The position numbers and the translations under genes are program-made. A model generated the notes under the pieces. The model was given only the letters and a program-made list of their open reading frames with translations, did no database searches and was not told the DNA's origin. A stretch of 64,000 nucleotides of DNA, from positions 388,800 through 452,799 of IMG/VR virus record IMGVR_UViG_3300032315_001715; one strand, given 5' to 3'. Shown in pieces: positions 9,367 to 17,401 of this stretch (positions are counted from its first letter, which is position 1; every line of letters begins with the position of its first letter).

Positions 9367-9369
9367 TCA

Positions 9370-9424
9370 AGTGCCTCTGAGCATGCGCTCGGGCATTCCT
9401 AGTGGGATAAAATCATTTGATTGC
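9370..9424. repeat. 55-bp element identical to 7502..7556
   Basis: Exact match by eye. Confidence 0.95.
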
Positions 9425-9434
9425 AATTTTAACG

Positions 9435-10151
9435 CTATACTTCTTTCATGCGCTTTCGTAGATGTTCTATGTGTCGATTGTTAGAGGTGATGCGCATCAA
9501 TGTTGTGGACGGTTCCATCATCGGACCGCGTTTTGGCACCACGATGGCAAATCTGCCCCAAGGAGGGCAATAAATCGCCCGATTGCTACCCATCCTGGCT
9601 AATACCGATGCATTAATAACATCAGGCCAACTACTATTCCAGTCGTCTAACACGATCAAGCATTCGTCGTCGCCGAGGAATTTTTCTAAATCTCGCTGAG
9701 GAACTCCACCGTCATGTTGACCGTCGATAAACACCATGTTGATCGGTTCGGTTGGTAGATAATCGCCGCTGTCCATTTCTAAGATCTCGAGATTGGGTCG
9801 TTTGACCGCGCTGATCATTTTTTCCAAACACGGCCTCCATGACCCATGTGTCTTGGCCAATAATAGCATGTCTTCTAGAACGGTTCGGCTACCTTCCATG
9901 TTTTTATAAAGTCTAGGATTTTCGACAATATACGGGGATTGGTATGTAAATCTGTCAATCAGGGTTACCTTGACATTGTTGTTGCGGTTTGCAACGATCG
10001 AAAACGAGGATCGACCACACCAAGACCCAATCTCAACTATGTGACCGTTTGCTGGTACCTTTGACGTCAACCAACCGAGAAGCGACAGATCATAATCAGT
10101 TGGCCATCCGGGAATGTCTGGATCAATGAAAGGAAATGTTCTGAGATCCAT
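9435..10151 (-). CDS. Class I SAM methyltransferase (Methyltransf_24-like)
   Basis: IVEIGSWCGRSS, VFIDGQHD, IVLDDW. Confidence 0.8.
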   Translation of the reverse strand: MDLRTFPFIDPDIPGWPTDYDLSLLGWLTSKVPANGHIVEIGSWCGRSSFSIVANRNNNVKVTLIDRFTYQSPYIVENPRLYKNMEGSRTVLEDMLLLAKTHGSWRPCLEKMISAVKRPNLEILEMDSGDYLPTEPINMVFIDGQHDGGVPQRDLEKFLGDDECLIVLDDWNSSWPDVINASVLARMGSNRAIYCPPWGRFAIVVPKRGPMMEPSTTLMRITSNNRHIEHLRKRMKEV

Positions 10152-10204
10152 TGTGATCGTGGTCCTTCTAATAAAAGCAGTTGTTAATTATTTATCCGGT
10201 ATGA

Positions 10205-10984
10205 TCACACCTGGACGATCTTTGCTCGCTCCATTATCTCTGGCCAATGTTTGGAATGGGGTCGGTGATCGCGGCACGGCCATGATAGGGCATATTTTCT
10301 GATCGCCGACTTCCAAACATCGACGATCATTATCGTTCTTGGTTTTAACCCAACATGGGCAGTGCCATGGAGAACATTAGCGTCATCAAATCCAAAAATA
10401 TCGCCGTCTTTCCACTGGTGCTTCCACCCCTCTATGTCAAACACGCAGCCGTTTGCTTCATCGAGGCACAGATGTAGCCTGATGTAGTTGTGATTCAGCC
10501 CCCAATGGTGATTTAATATTGATCCTGGATGTGAGATATTGAAGGTTACTGAACCGATAAAATCCTTGACCATACCGATGTACGATGTCATGAACGGCAT
10601 GCTCTCCGTCCAATATGTTGGGTTCCATCTAAGAGTTTCTTCTTCTTTCCAAGAGCTTGATTGTTTTTCGTTATCGTCCAACAGTGAATTCCGGATAAAC
10701 ATGCTGATACCGTCAAATCTTCCGTGATAAAGAGGTTTTTGAAATCGATGGGTGATGCCATTTGGCTTTGATATCGTCTGATCCGTCCAGGTATTTTTGG
10801 TTCGAACACCTTTTTTAATCAAATAACTCCAAAGCTCATCGCGTATCCGCGTCCAATTTTCAGTCAAAGGATTGATAATGGGATTGTTGGTAAATCTAAT
10901 ATACGGCGATTCTGTCAAATGCATTGCCATCAGAACTGATCCTCTGTTATCATGATATTTATCTGACGGCTGCCCTAACTTCAT
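10205..10984 (-). CDS. Aspartyl/asparaginyl beta-hydroxylase-like 2OG-Fe(II) oxygenase
   Basis: HWG..IRLHLCL..WKDGDIFGFDDANVLHG..RTIMIVD. Confidence 0.75.
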   Translation of the reverse strand: MKLGQPSDKYHDNRGSVLMAMHLTESPYIRFTNNPIINPLTENWTRIRDELWSYLIKKGVRTKNTWTDQTISKPNGITHRFQKPLYHGRFDGISMFIRNSLLDDNEKQSSSWKEEETLRWNPTYWTESMPFMTSYIGMVKDFIGSVTFNISHPGSILNHHWGLNHNYIRLHLCLDEANGCVFDIEGWKHQWKDGDIFGFDDANVLHGTAHVGLKPRTIMIVDVWKSAIRKYALSWPCRDHRPHSKHWPEIMERAKIVQV

Positions 10985-11060
10985 TGGTGCTCCCGCCCGG
11001 ACTCAAACTGGGTTCTGAGGTTTACGCAAACCCCTGCATCACCATATATGCTTTGAGAGC
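10985..11060 (-). tRNA. tRNA-Thr(CGT)-like with 8-nt anticodon loop
   Basis: GGGGT TTGCGTAA ACCTC; A7-C66 and one T-stem mismatch; ACCA end. Confidence 0.6.
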
Positions 11061-11075
11061 TTGATCTGATTTTTC

Positions 11076-11843
11076 TTATAGGAGGCTTATCAGTGTATTA
11101 ATACCCTCAACGGCCGTGTGCGACATGCTAACATCATGTCTACGATTGACCTTGCTCTCATATGGATTGATCCGTATCAACGTTGACGTCCGTTCTTCGG
11201 CGATGTAACGTATGGATGGTATCACCGTGCCGGCACCTATCTCAATACCCAGCACGCTCATCCTGGGTTCCATCCATCTGCGGAAACGATCCTCTCCGAG
11301 ATCTATGTTGGTCCAAACCATGCTTGGATCGCTAAACATCAGAACGTTGGGCCTCAAGGACTGCTGGCACCGAGCGCACCTAGGGATCTCATCGATCGAT
11401 GACAGGGTTGCAGTAAATCTTGGCATCGGTTGCAGTTGTCTCGTGCATGGCTGCTTGCATTGTGCATGCCGTAGATCGCCGTGTATCTCGTAAATGCGAG
11501 CAGGATCATATCCGGCCATGTGGAAATGCCCGTCAACATTGCTGGTCACCACGAAATAATCCTTGCCATGCTGGTTCACGGCATCGAGCAACCTGGTGTA
11601 ACCAGCATGGGGTTTGGTGTGACCATAGGCCAGCATGCGGCTTATGTAAAAATTCCAGGAGGCCAATGGATCGTCGTCAAATCCCCTAGCGGTTGCCAGG
11701 GATATGAAATCCTCCTTGGCCTTGGTCCACATGCCATTGCTTCCACGGAAATCAGGCAATCCGCTATCAACGCTCATTCCGGCTCCGGCAAGTATGAGGA
11801 TACCATCTGCTGAATGGAACAAGCTTGAAATGTAATCTTGCAT
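11076..11843 (-). CDS. Sir2/CobB-family NAD-dependent deacylase
   Basis: AGAGMSVDSGLPDFRG, TSNVDGH, EIHG, CxxxC..CxxC, RPNVLMF, IGAG, INP. Confidence 0.9.
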   Translation of the reverse strand: MQDYISSLFHSADGILILAGAGMSVDSGLPDFRGSNGMWTKAKEDFISLATARGFDDDPLASWNFYISRMLAYGHTKPHAGYTRLLDAVNQHGKDYFVVTSNVDGHFHMAGYDPARIYEIHGDLRHAQCKQPCTRQLQPMPRFTATLSSIDEIPRCARCQQSLRPNVLMFSDPSMVWTNIDLGEDRFRRWMEPRMSVLGIEIGAGTVIPSIRYIAEERTSTLIRINPYESKVNRRHDVSMSHTAVEGINTLISLL

Positions 11844-11865
11844 TATCTCGACCTTTGCTTATCTA

Positions 11866-11940
11866 TGGTGCTCCCACCCGGACTTGCGCCGAGCTCAATC
11901 CCATACCAAGGGATCACATCGCTGTCTATGCTTTGGGAGC
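11866..11940 (-). tRNA. tRNA-Thr(GGT)
   Basis: ATCCC TTGGTAT GGGAT; T-loop CGCAAGT; ACCA. Confidence 0.85.
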
Positions 11941-11944
11941 AAAC

Positions 11945-12114
11945 TGGTGCCGGATGAGGGATTTGAACCCCCGACCTTCGGTTTTTCTTGGACTTGCGGG
12001 CTTTAGGCCTTCTGTCCTTCATGGACGTACACAGAAGTAAATTCTCTGCACGGCTCCTGAGATGTTACCCATCACGGAAACAAAACCGCTGCACTACCAC
12101 TGTGCTAACCCGGC
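11945..12114 (-). tRNA. tRNA-Thr(TGT) interrupted by a 95-nt insert (11985..12079)
   Basis: 35-nt 5' part ending GCGGT TTTGT and 40-nt 3' part starting AAACCGA join to a canonical 75-nt cloverleaf. Confidence 0.85.
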
Positions 12115-12120
12115 ATATCC

Positions 12121-12196
12121 TGGTGGAGCATGTCGGATCTGCCCCGACGGCCTCTGCCATGCCATGACAGCGCTCTCCTAACTGAGCCAATGCCCC
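12121..12196 (-). tRNA. tRNA-Ala(GGC)
   Basis: G3:U70, A32-U38, loop ATGGCAT, T-loop GGCAGAT. Confidence 0.9.
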
Positions 12197-12219
12197 AAGA
12201 AACAATTATTGCAGGCTAC

Positions 12220-12804
12220 TTATCTCCTGTCAACCACAAATGGGTTGAATATGTCGATTGCTTGGTCCCACTGGACCAATTCGTTGGTGCTGCGGTGCTT
12301 GAGGACCAAGCTCATGCACCATCGTCCCTCGTCTGTATCATTAACGATGTTGTGTGGACCTCCAACGTTGACCAAGCTTGGCTGGCCGATGTTGGCCGAC
12401 CATGCCATGTCGCAATCAGCCGGATCCCAGCGGTAGTATTCCGTTCCTATCCGTGTCTTGGCCGTGGTGTATCCTAGACCACCTTTGTTATCATTGTACC
12501 AACACATGCGACTGCTGGCAGCACCGTAGGCCCAGTTCAGCTTGACATGCTCGTCAAGCCTGGAACCATCGGCATGTATGGCGGTTGACCATCTAGGCGC
12601 TGTGTAAAAGATCTCTGCATGATGAACCATGATACCACGCAGTGCAAGCCATCCGTGTATGCGAGGATCAATCTTCTCGACCGGTAGATTCCATATCGTG
12701 GATTTTTGTGGTAGTCCGAACGATTTGATGCCATCCATGGCGTACGTCGTTGCGGTAAATCCGATGCCGATGATCCGTTCATATCTGTTTTTTATCATCG
12801 GCAT
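12220..12804 (-). CDS. Hypothetical cupin/2OG-oxygenase-like protein, paralogue of 14930..15502
   Basis: IHADG..KLNWAYG..PSLVNVGGPHNIVN..RWCMS. Confidence 0.6.
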   Translation of the reverse strand: MPMIKNRYERIIGIGFTATTYAMDGIKSFGLPQKSTIWNLPVEKIDPRIHGWLALRGIMVHHAEIFYTAPRWSTAIHADGSRLDEHVKLNWAYGAASSRMCWYNDNKGGLGYTTAKTRIGTEYYRWDPADCDMAWSANIGQPSLVNVGGPHNIVNDTDEGRWCMSLVLKHRSTNELVQWDQAIDIFNPFVVDRR

Positions 12805-12818
12805 CGGACATTTAAATT

Positions 12819-12894
12819 TGGTGGAGCCTATCGGGATCGAACCGATGACCTGAAGCTTGCAAAGCTACTGCTCTCCCATCTGAGCTAAGACCCC
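12819..12894 (-). tRNA. tRNA-Ala(TGC)
   Basis: Canonical cloverleaf, G3:U70. Confidence 0.95.
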
Positions 12895-12986
12895 ATTTGC
12901 TTTTATTTAACTTCGCTAGAAGTGTCTGTCAACCCCCTCCTGCGTGATTTCGTCCGGTAATCTGGCAATATTATTGAATCGACAGA

Positions 12987-13616
12987 TTATCTAGAGTCGG
13001 TAACCGTGTAGTTATTAATCAACAAATGCATTCTGGGTTTATCGCCGTCGTTTTTAAACGTATGGGCTATGCGATTAGCTTCAACCTTCCAAACGCGCCC
13101 GTCGGCAGGCATGTGCAGCTTGGTTTTGTTGCCATTGTGATCAAATACCCAATGGCAATCCGGATTGGTAAAAACAGCCACATGGTATCGTTCGGCCACA
13201 TGCAGATCCTTGTGCATGGGATATTGACGACGCGAACCTAACCAGGTTAGCTGGCATCTTCCAACAAACGGCTGCCGTAATCCGAACGTGGAAACATCAG
13301 TTAACACCTGTCCTAGATAGAGATCCTTGATCTCGTCGAGCATTTCGGTAAAATCAATCTCCTTGATACCGTGTTCACGTAATTCCGAGTGGCTTTTTTG
13401 CCATAGATGCCATCTATCTGACCCCTGCAATCCTGGTATATGGGTAAGATTGATGGAGTATCCAAACCATCGTTCAACACTGCAAACATGATTGATCCAA
13501 TCAAGGGATATGTCCAATCGATCAAGCAGGGTCATCACGCTATCGCACAATCTCTGATGGTCGACGACGTAATCAATCGGATAACAAAAGTTTGGTATTG
13601 AGGTGACGGTTTGCAT
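12987..13616 (-). CDS. Asp/Asn beta-hydroxylase-like (jelly-roll) protein
   Basis: MHKD..RYHVAVFTNPDC..HMPADG..HTFKN..RMHLLI. Confidence 0.65.
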   Translation of the reverse strand: MQTVTSIPNFCYPIDYVVDHQRLCDSVMTLLDRLDISLDWINHVCSVERWFGYSINLTHIPGLQGSDRWHLWQKSHSELREHGIKEIDFTEMLDEIKDLYLGQVLTDVSTFGLRQPFVGRCQLTWLGSRRQYPMHKDLHVAERYHVAVFTNPDCHWVFDHNGNKTKLHMPADGRVWKVEANRIAHTFKNDGDKPRMHLLINNYTVTDSR

Positions 13617-13634
13617 GCATGATTCTCCTAAAAA

Positions 13635-13724
13635 TGGCGGAACGGGTGGGATTCGAACCCACGGTACCTGTTAGGGTACGCACAGTTAGCAACCGTGTGC
13701 CTTCAGCCTCTCGGCCACCGTTCC
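13635..13724 (-). tRNA. tRNA-Ser(GCT)
   Basis: Canonical type II cloverleaf, G73. Confidence 0.95.
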
Positions 13725-13735
13725 GTATCACTTAT

Positions 13736-14287
13736 TTAATAAAGATCCTTGATCTTTTCAAGAATCGATTTCATCTCAACAACGTCGCTGTGCTTGGTGA
13801 TGCTCACGGCATTGTCCATGTGTCGGTGCATCTTGGCTCGACGCTCGTCCATGATCAAATCAAACAGCGCATTGTTGAGGTTAAATCGGTCATCAAGCAT
13901 GCGGATGATCCGTCCGTTTGGCAATAGTATGTCCCGCACGCTTTCAACGTAGCGATAAGCTGATTCAGCGTCCATGCCATGTTGTACCATGATGCCGATG
14001 GCAGCAGCGGTGCTGCGGCTGAGACCTTGATGGCAATGCACCAACAACCGATCGCCAGCTTGCAGGTTCTTGGAAAAATCAAGAATGGCATCAAGGTGTT
14101 GTTCATTTGGCAGCACCCACTCGTCCCTCAATTGGCTTTCAACATCATGGAGATGAATGACTAGATGGTTCTCGCAGGTAAACGGCAAGTTTACACCCGG
14201 ATCCACCATGCTGATGGTGTGCGTGGGCCAGCCATTGTGGGCCCACCTGCCCGCTTCGAATATACCGCCAATCTTTAATTCAAACAT
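13736..14287 (-). CDS. CX5R (PTP/DSP-like) phosphatase
   Basis: LLVHCHQGLSRSTAAA; likely start MFELKIGG. Confidence 0.8.
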   Translation of the reverse strand: MFELKIGGIFEAGRWAHNGWPTHTISMVDPGVNLPFTCENHLVIHLHDVESQLRDEWVLPNEQHLDAILDFSKNLQAGDRLLVHCHQGLSRSTAAAIGIMVQHGMDAESAYRYVESVRDILLPNGRIIRMLDDRFNLNNALFDLIMDERRAKMHRHMDNAVSITKHSDVVEMKSILEKIKDLY

Positions 14288-14377
14288 GCACGCCCCCGGT
14301 GAAATGATGCAGGGTATTACCAGCGTTAAGTCTGCGAGCTGGAGGAGTTTGACCAATGCACCTCCAAAGGTTCCTCG

Positions 14378-14563
14378 TTAGGCCTGGACGACCTTGAGCT
14401 GGTATCCACATGCAACCAGCCAGATGTTGAGATTTTCCATGACCTCTTCCGGGCTGCGGTTTTCCCAGTTCATGCTCACGCATCTAATATCCTCGCTGGA
14501 ACTGCGTTCCCGTGCGTTGTAGCTTACGTTCCAGCTTTCGTTTACTTGCTTGTTCTTGGCCAT
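14378..14563 (-). CDS. Small hypothetical protein
   Basis: ATG after GGAAAA (MAKNKQ..); the longer ORF call overlaps a tRNA. Confidence 0.5.
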   Translation of the reverse strand: MAKNKQVNESWNVSYNARERSSSEDIRCVSMNWENRSPEEVMENLNIWLVACGYQLKVVQA

Positions 14564-14589
14564 GTGTTTTCCTTGTTTTTTTTGAAAAT

Positions 14590-14707
14590 TGGCTCCTTCT
14601 GCTGGACTCGAACCAGCAACCACCTGATTAATCTTGGACCTGATGGAGTTGCACCATCCAATCTATTGATCCCACAGTCAGGGGCTCTACCATTGAGCTA
14701 AGAAGGA
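14590..14707 (-). tRNA. tRNA-Asn(GTT) interrupted by a 43-nt insert (14631..14673)
   Basis: CCTGA CTGT | TAA TCAGG restores a canonical arm; U1-A72, G73. Confidence 0.85.
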
Positions 14708-14714
14708 ATAAAAC

Positions 14715-14791
14715 TGGAGTTGTGGGAGGCGCTCGCATCCTCGAATACCTGTTTTGCAGACAGGGCCATTACTATCTCTGGTCACCACAAC
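14715..14791 (-). tRNA. tRNA-Cys(GCA)
   Basis: CCTGT CTGCAAA ACAGG; U73; atypical T-loop. Confidence 0.8.
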
Positions 14792-14797
14792 ATAACT

Positions 14798-14871
14798 TGG
14801 AGTTCGGAGAGGGAATTGAACCCCCGTGGCGGGTTTTGCAGACCCGTGCCTAACCACTCGGCCACCCGAAC
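14798..14871 (-). tRNA. tRNA-Cys(GCA)
   Basis: Canonical, U73. Confidence 0.9.
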
Positions 14872-14929
14872 ATTTAACTGATTCTAACATGACATTTATA
14901 GTGGTCTTTTTCCCATAAAGCAACCAACA

Positions 14930-15502
14930 TCATGATTCCTTAATCCACGGACCGAGTCGATCAATGGCATCGGCCCATTGCAGGATCTTACCTGTGCGTA
15001 GATTTCGTATGGTATAGCTGAAACACCACCTTCTATGTGGTGTATGGTTGATCACGGTGTGAGGTCGTCCGACGTTTAGCAAGCTTGGGCTTGCTGGTTC
15101 CATATCAAGCACCTTGCGTATCTTGTGCGGCTCAAAAACTCGGCTAACCGTGCCGGCCGAGGTCACATGATCCACTCCGGTATAGCCTTCCTCAACTGGT
15201 TCGAACCACACCATTCGGCTGCCCGGCGCACCATATATCCAGTTTATCTTGCATCTGGTTGCGTTTGGACCATCTCGACCATCGGTATGGATACCAAGCG
15301 TCATGCCCGGAGGGGTATAAAACGCTTCGCTGTAGGCAACGTCAAGTTCTATGGTTCTCAACCAAGAAGAAACGATGTTGTCCCCGGAAAACGGTATTAT
15401 ACCACGTTTGGTACAATCCGTCCATTTTGACATGCACTGCGCGATTATCTCCGGATCGGGCGATATTGGTATCGCTAACGGTTGGTGATATATGTTTTCC
15501 AT
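14930..15502 (-). CDS. Hypothetical cupin/2OG-oxygenase-like protein, paralogue of 12220..12804
   Basis: IHTDG..KINWIYG..PSLLNVGRPHTVIN..RWCFS. Confidence 0.6.
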   Translation of the reverse strand: MENIYHQPLAIPISPDPEIIAQCMSKWTDCTKRGIIPFSGDNIVSSWLRTIELDVAYSEAFYTPPGMTLGIHTDGRDGPNATRCKINWIYGAPGSRMVWFEPVEEGYTGVDHVTSAGTVSRVFEPHKIRKVLDMEPASPSLLNVGRPHTVINHTPHRRWCFSYTIRNLRTGKILQWADAIDRLGPWIKES

Positions 15503-15537
15503 GCCGTTTCATTACCATTGATGTGATTTAATGTGTT

Positions 15538-15614
15538 TGGCGGACCCGGAGGGATTCGAACCCCCATCGAAGAGCTTAGAAGGCTCTTGCCTTATCCTGT
15601 TAGACCACGGATCC
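15538..15614 (-). tRNA. tRNA-Arg(TCT)
   Basis: AGAGC CTTCTAA GCTCT. Confidence 0.95.
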
Positions 15615-15620
15615 AAATTT

Positions 15621-15696
15621 TGGAGCGGCGTGCGGGATTCGAACCCGCGTCATCAGCTTGGAAGGCTGGGGTAATTGGCCTTTATACGAACGCCGC
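15621..15696 (-). tRNA. tRNA-Gly(TCC)
   Basis: Loop CTTCCAA, U73. Confidence 0.95.
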
Positions 15697-15701
15697 CTAT
15701 G

Positions 15702-15734
15702 AAGTATTTATACGCTATCTTACAGCGTCTGTCA
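15702..15734 (-). promoter_or_regulatory. Overlapping sigma70-like (TTGACA-N17-TATAAA) and late (TATAAATA) promoter
   Basis: Minus strand TTGACA gacgctgtaagatagcg TATAAATA. Confidence 0.7.
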
Positions 15735-15826
15735 AGCACTTCCATGATCCTTCGTGCCAGTTCCACCCACCTTCGAGCATTGCTACCCGGGACGTGCATC
15801 CCATGGGATAAACACCTTGGATTCCA

Positions 15827-15902
15827 TGGCCGTCCCGGAGGGACTCGAACCCCCAACCTTCGCGTTCGAAGCGCGCTGCTCTATCCATTGAGCTACGGAA
15901 CG
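15827..15902 (-). tRNA. tRNA-Arg(TCG)
   Basis: Loop CTTCGAA, canonical. Confidence 0.9.
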
Positions 15903-16397
15903 TTATCTGAAATACTGATACCTGTCCTCGAGGTTTGACCGGTCCTTGATCAATCCATCGAACTGGCCCTGACCATTTGGATAAAAACCGCTTGGATCAA
16001 GTATCTTGCCTCGGTTCTCTACCCAAGCATGTGGTATCCACCTCAGCTGATCCTCCATGTTTTCAGATCTAGCATACTTTGCACGATCCGTTTCCTTTCT
16101 TGGATTGAAGCCGTGCTGCTTCATCGCTGCCAGCTCCTCCTTAGTAAAGGCATCCAAGTCCAGATCCGGCACATCGGTCCGAAACCACCCCTTGGCCTTC
16201 TTGCCACCTCGCATGTGTCCAGCTGGTATGACCTCGGCGGTGACGATACCCCGGCTTTCTAAAAATTCTAGGAAATCAGACGCGGCACCGCCGCATCCGC
16301 CCCTGGTGGCATAGATGCTTAATCTCTTGTCTCCAGCGGTCTCCCAAAATTCCAGCAGCAACGGGTCAAAGCCTTGGGCTATTTCAATGAGTCTCAT
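15903..16397 (-). CDS. Hypothetical protein
   Basis: Start MRLIEIAQ with TAAATA 5 nt upstream; the longer ORF call runs over two tRNAs. Confidence 0.65.
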   Translation of the reverse strand: MRLIEIAQGFDPLLLEFWETAGDKRLSIYATRGGCGGAASDFLEFLESRGIVTAEVIPAGHMRGGKKAKGWFRTDVPDLDLDAFTKEELAAMKQHGFNPRKETDRAKYARSENMEDQLRWIPHAWVENRGKILDPSGFYPNGQGQFDGLIKDRSNLEDRYQYFR

Positions 16398-16422
16398 GCC
16401 GATATTTATCGGCAATGGAGCA

Positions 16423-16516
16423 TGGCGGAGAGCAGTGGTCTTGATCCACATGCCGGTTTCTAGCCGGCACCCACTCCTTAGCAGGGAGGGACGAACACTC
16501 GTTCGCTTTACTCTCC
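16423..16516 (-). tRNA. tRNA-Ser(GCT), 6-bp D-stem, T-loop ATCAAGA
   Basis: Loop CTGCTAA; D-arm GCGAAC-GAGT-GTTCGT; same design as 5310..5403. Confidence 0.8.
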
Positions 16517-16521
16517 AAAAT

Positions 16522-16597
16522 TGGCTGCCCACCCTCGGTTCGAACGAGGAACCTCCTGTTTCAGAGACAGGCGATCTGCCAGTTGATCTAGTGGGCA
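16522..16597 (-). tRNA. tRNA-Gln(CTG)
   Basis: CCTGT CTCTGAA ACAGG; U1-A72. Confidence 0.95.
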
Positions 16598-16606
16598 ATA
16601 AATTAT

Positions 16607-17179
16607 TTATTTTTCGATAAAATACAGAGCTGTTTGAATGAATTGCTCTTTATCTTTGACACATTCTTTCCATTCTATTCGAAGTGTTTGCCATCCTTGC
16701 TCTAAAAGCCATGCATCTCGTTTTGCATCACTCTCTCTGGTGTTTTCGTGAGTGCCGCCGTCGATTTCAATGCATTTCTTTATTTCTGGCCAAGCAAAAT
16801 CAAGTGAATAAATTCCAAATGGGTATTCCGCAATGTAGTTTTTATTCTCAAATCTTTTATCAATCACAGATTCGAACCACTGCTCTGGATAACTTTTTGG
16901 ACGCCCTTTGAAATTTTTTCCCAAAGTAGGGTATGTCCCCTCCTTCAAACGTCTCAGCATGTGATGTCTGAGCTTGATTTTGGTTTCATCTGAGTGCTTC
17001 TGAGGAGGTCGATGTTTCCTGCTCATCTTTTGAGCTTCGCTTTTAGAACGAGGTGTGAACAATCCATTTTTGATTGCCTTGTTGATCGTGTTCAAGGTTG
17101 GTCCTAATTCTCGCATTGGGACCCCACTATCATATAGGCTCTGTAATTCTTTCCAATTAAACGGAGTTTTGTTTCTCAT
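16607..17179 (-). CDS. Free-standing endonuclease, DUF559/Vsr-like PD-(D/E)xK with NUMOD-like N-terminus
   Basis: YSLDFAWPEIKKCIEIDGGTH..DAKRDAWLLEQGWQTLRI; HSDETKIKL. Confidence 0.8.
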   Translation of the reverse strand: MRNKTPFNWKELQSLYDSGVPMRELGPTLNTINKAIKNGLFTPRSKSEAQKMSRKHRPPQKHSDETKIKLRHHMLRRLKEGTYPTLGKNFKGRPKSYPEQWFESVIDKRFENKNYIAEYPFGIYSLDFAWPEIKKCIEIDGGTHENTRESDAKRDAWLLEQGWQTLRIEWKECVKDKEQFIQTALYFIEK

Positions 17180-17193
17180 GACTTATTTATGAT

Positions 17194-17226
17194 AAGTCGG
17201 TTGTTCTACCATTAAACTAATCCCCA
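17194..17226 (-). pseudogene. Orphan tRNA 5' half fused to the endonuclease promoter
   Basis: TGGGGAT TA GTTT AATGGTA GAAC A ACCGA CTT then hairpin GACTTAT-CATAA-ATAAGTC and ATG; no 3' half seen. Confidence 0.7.
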
Positions 17227-17233
17227 AAATTAT

Positions 17234-17309
17234 TGGCTGCCCGTGATGGTTTCGAACCACCAACATCGAGATTCAAAGTCTCGCGTTCTGCCAATTGAAC
17301 TAACGGGCA
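17234..17309 (-). tRNA. tRNA-Gln(TTG)
   Basis: Loop CTTTGAA. Confidence 0.95.
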
Positions 17310-17319
17310 ATAAACTCTT

Positions 17320-17396
17320 TGGTGTTCTCGACGGGATTCGAACCCATGACCTTCGGCTTAGGAGGCAGACGCTCTATCCAGCTGAGCTACGAGAAC
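17320..17396 (-). tRNA. tRNA-Arg(CCT)
   Basis: Loop CTCCTAA. Confidence 0.9.
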
Positions 17397-17401
17397 AAGA
17401 T

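Noticed and set aside
9890-9897. GGAAGGTA as the missing 5' strand of the 9277 tRNA-Ser
   Set aside because: Lies inside the methyltransferase coding frame, no D-arm follows, and an 8-mer match is expected by chance in 64 kb.
11945-12114. Group I intron after U34 giving tRNA-Leu(TAA)
   Set aside because: That register is possible on paper, but about 95 nt is too short, no P7 core was found, and the body has Thr identity with a short variable loop.
14590-14707. Alternative splice registers giving His(GTG) or Asn(ATT)
   Set aside because: U1-A72/G73 without G-1 fits Asn; the joined arm equals that of the intact Asn(GTT) at 19426.
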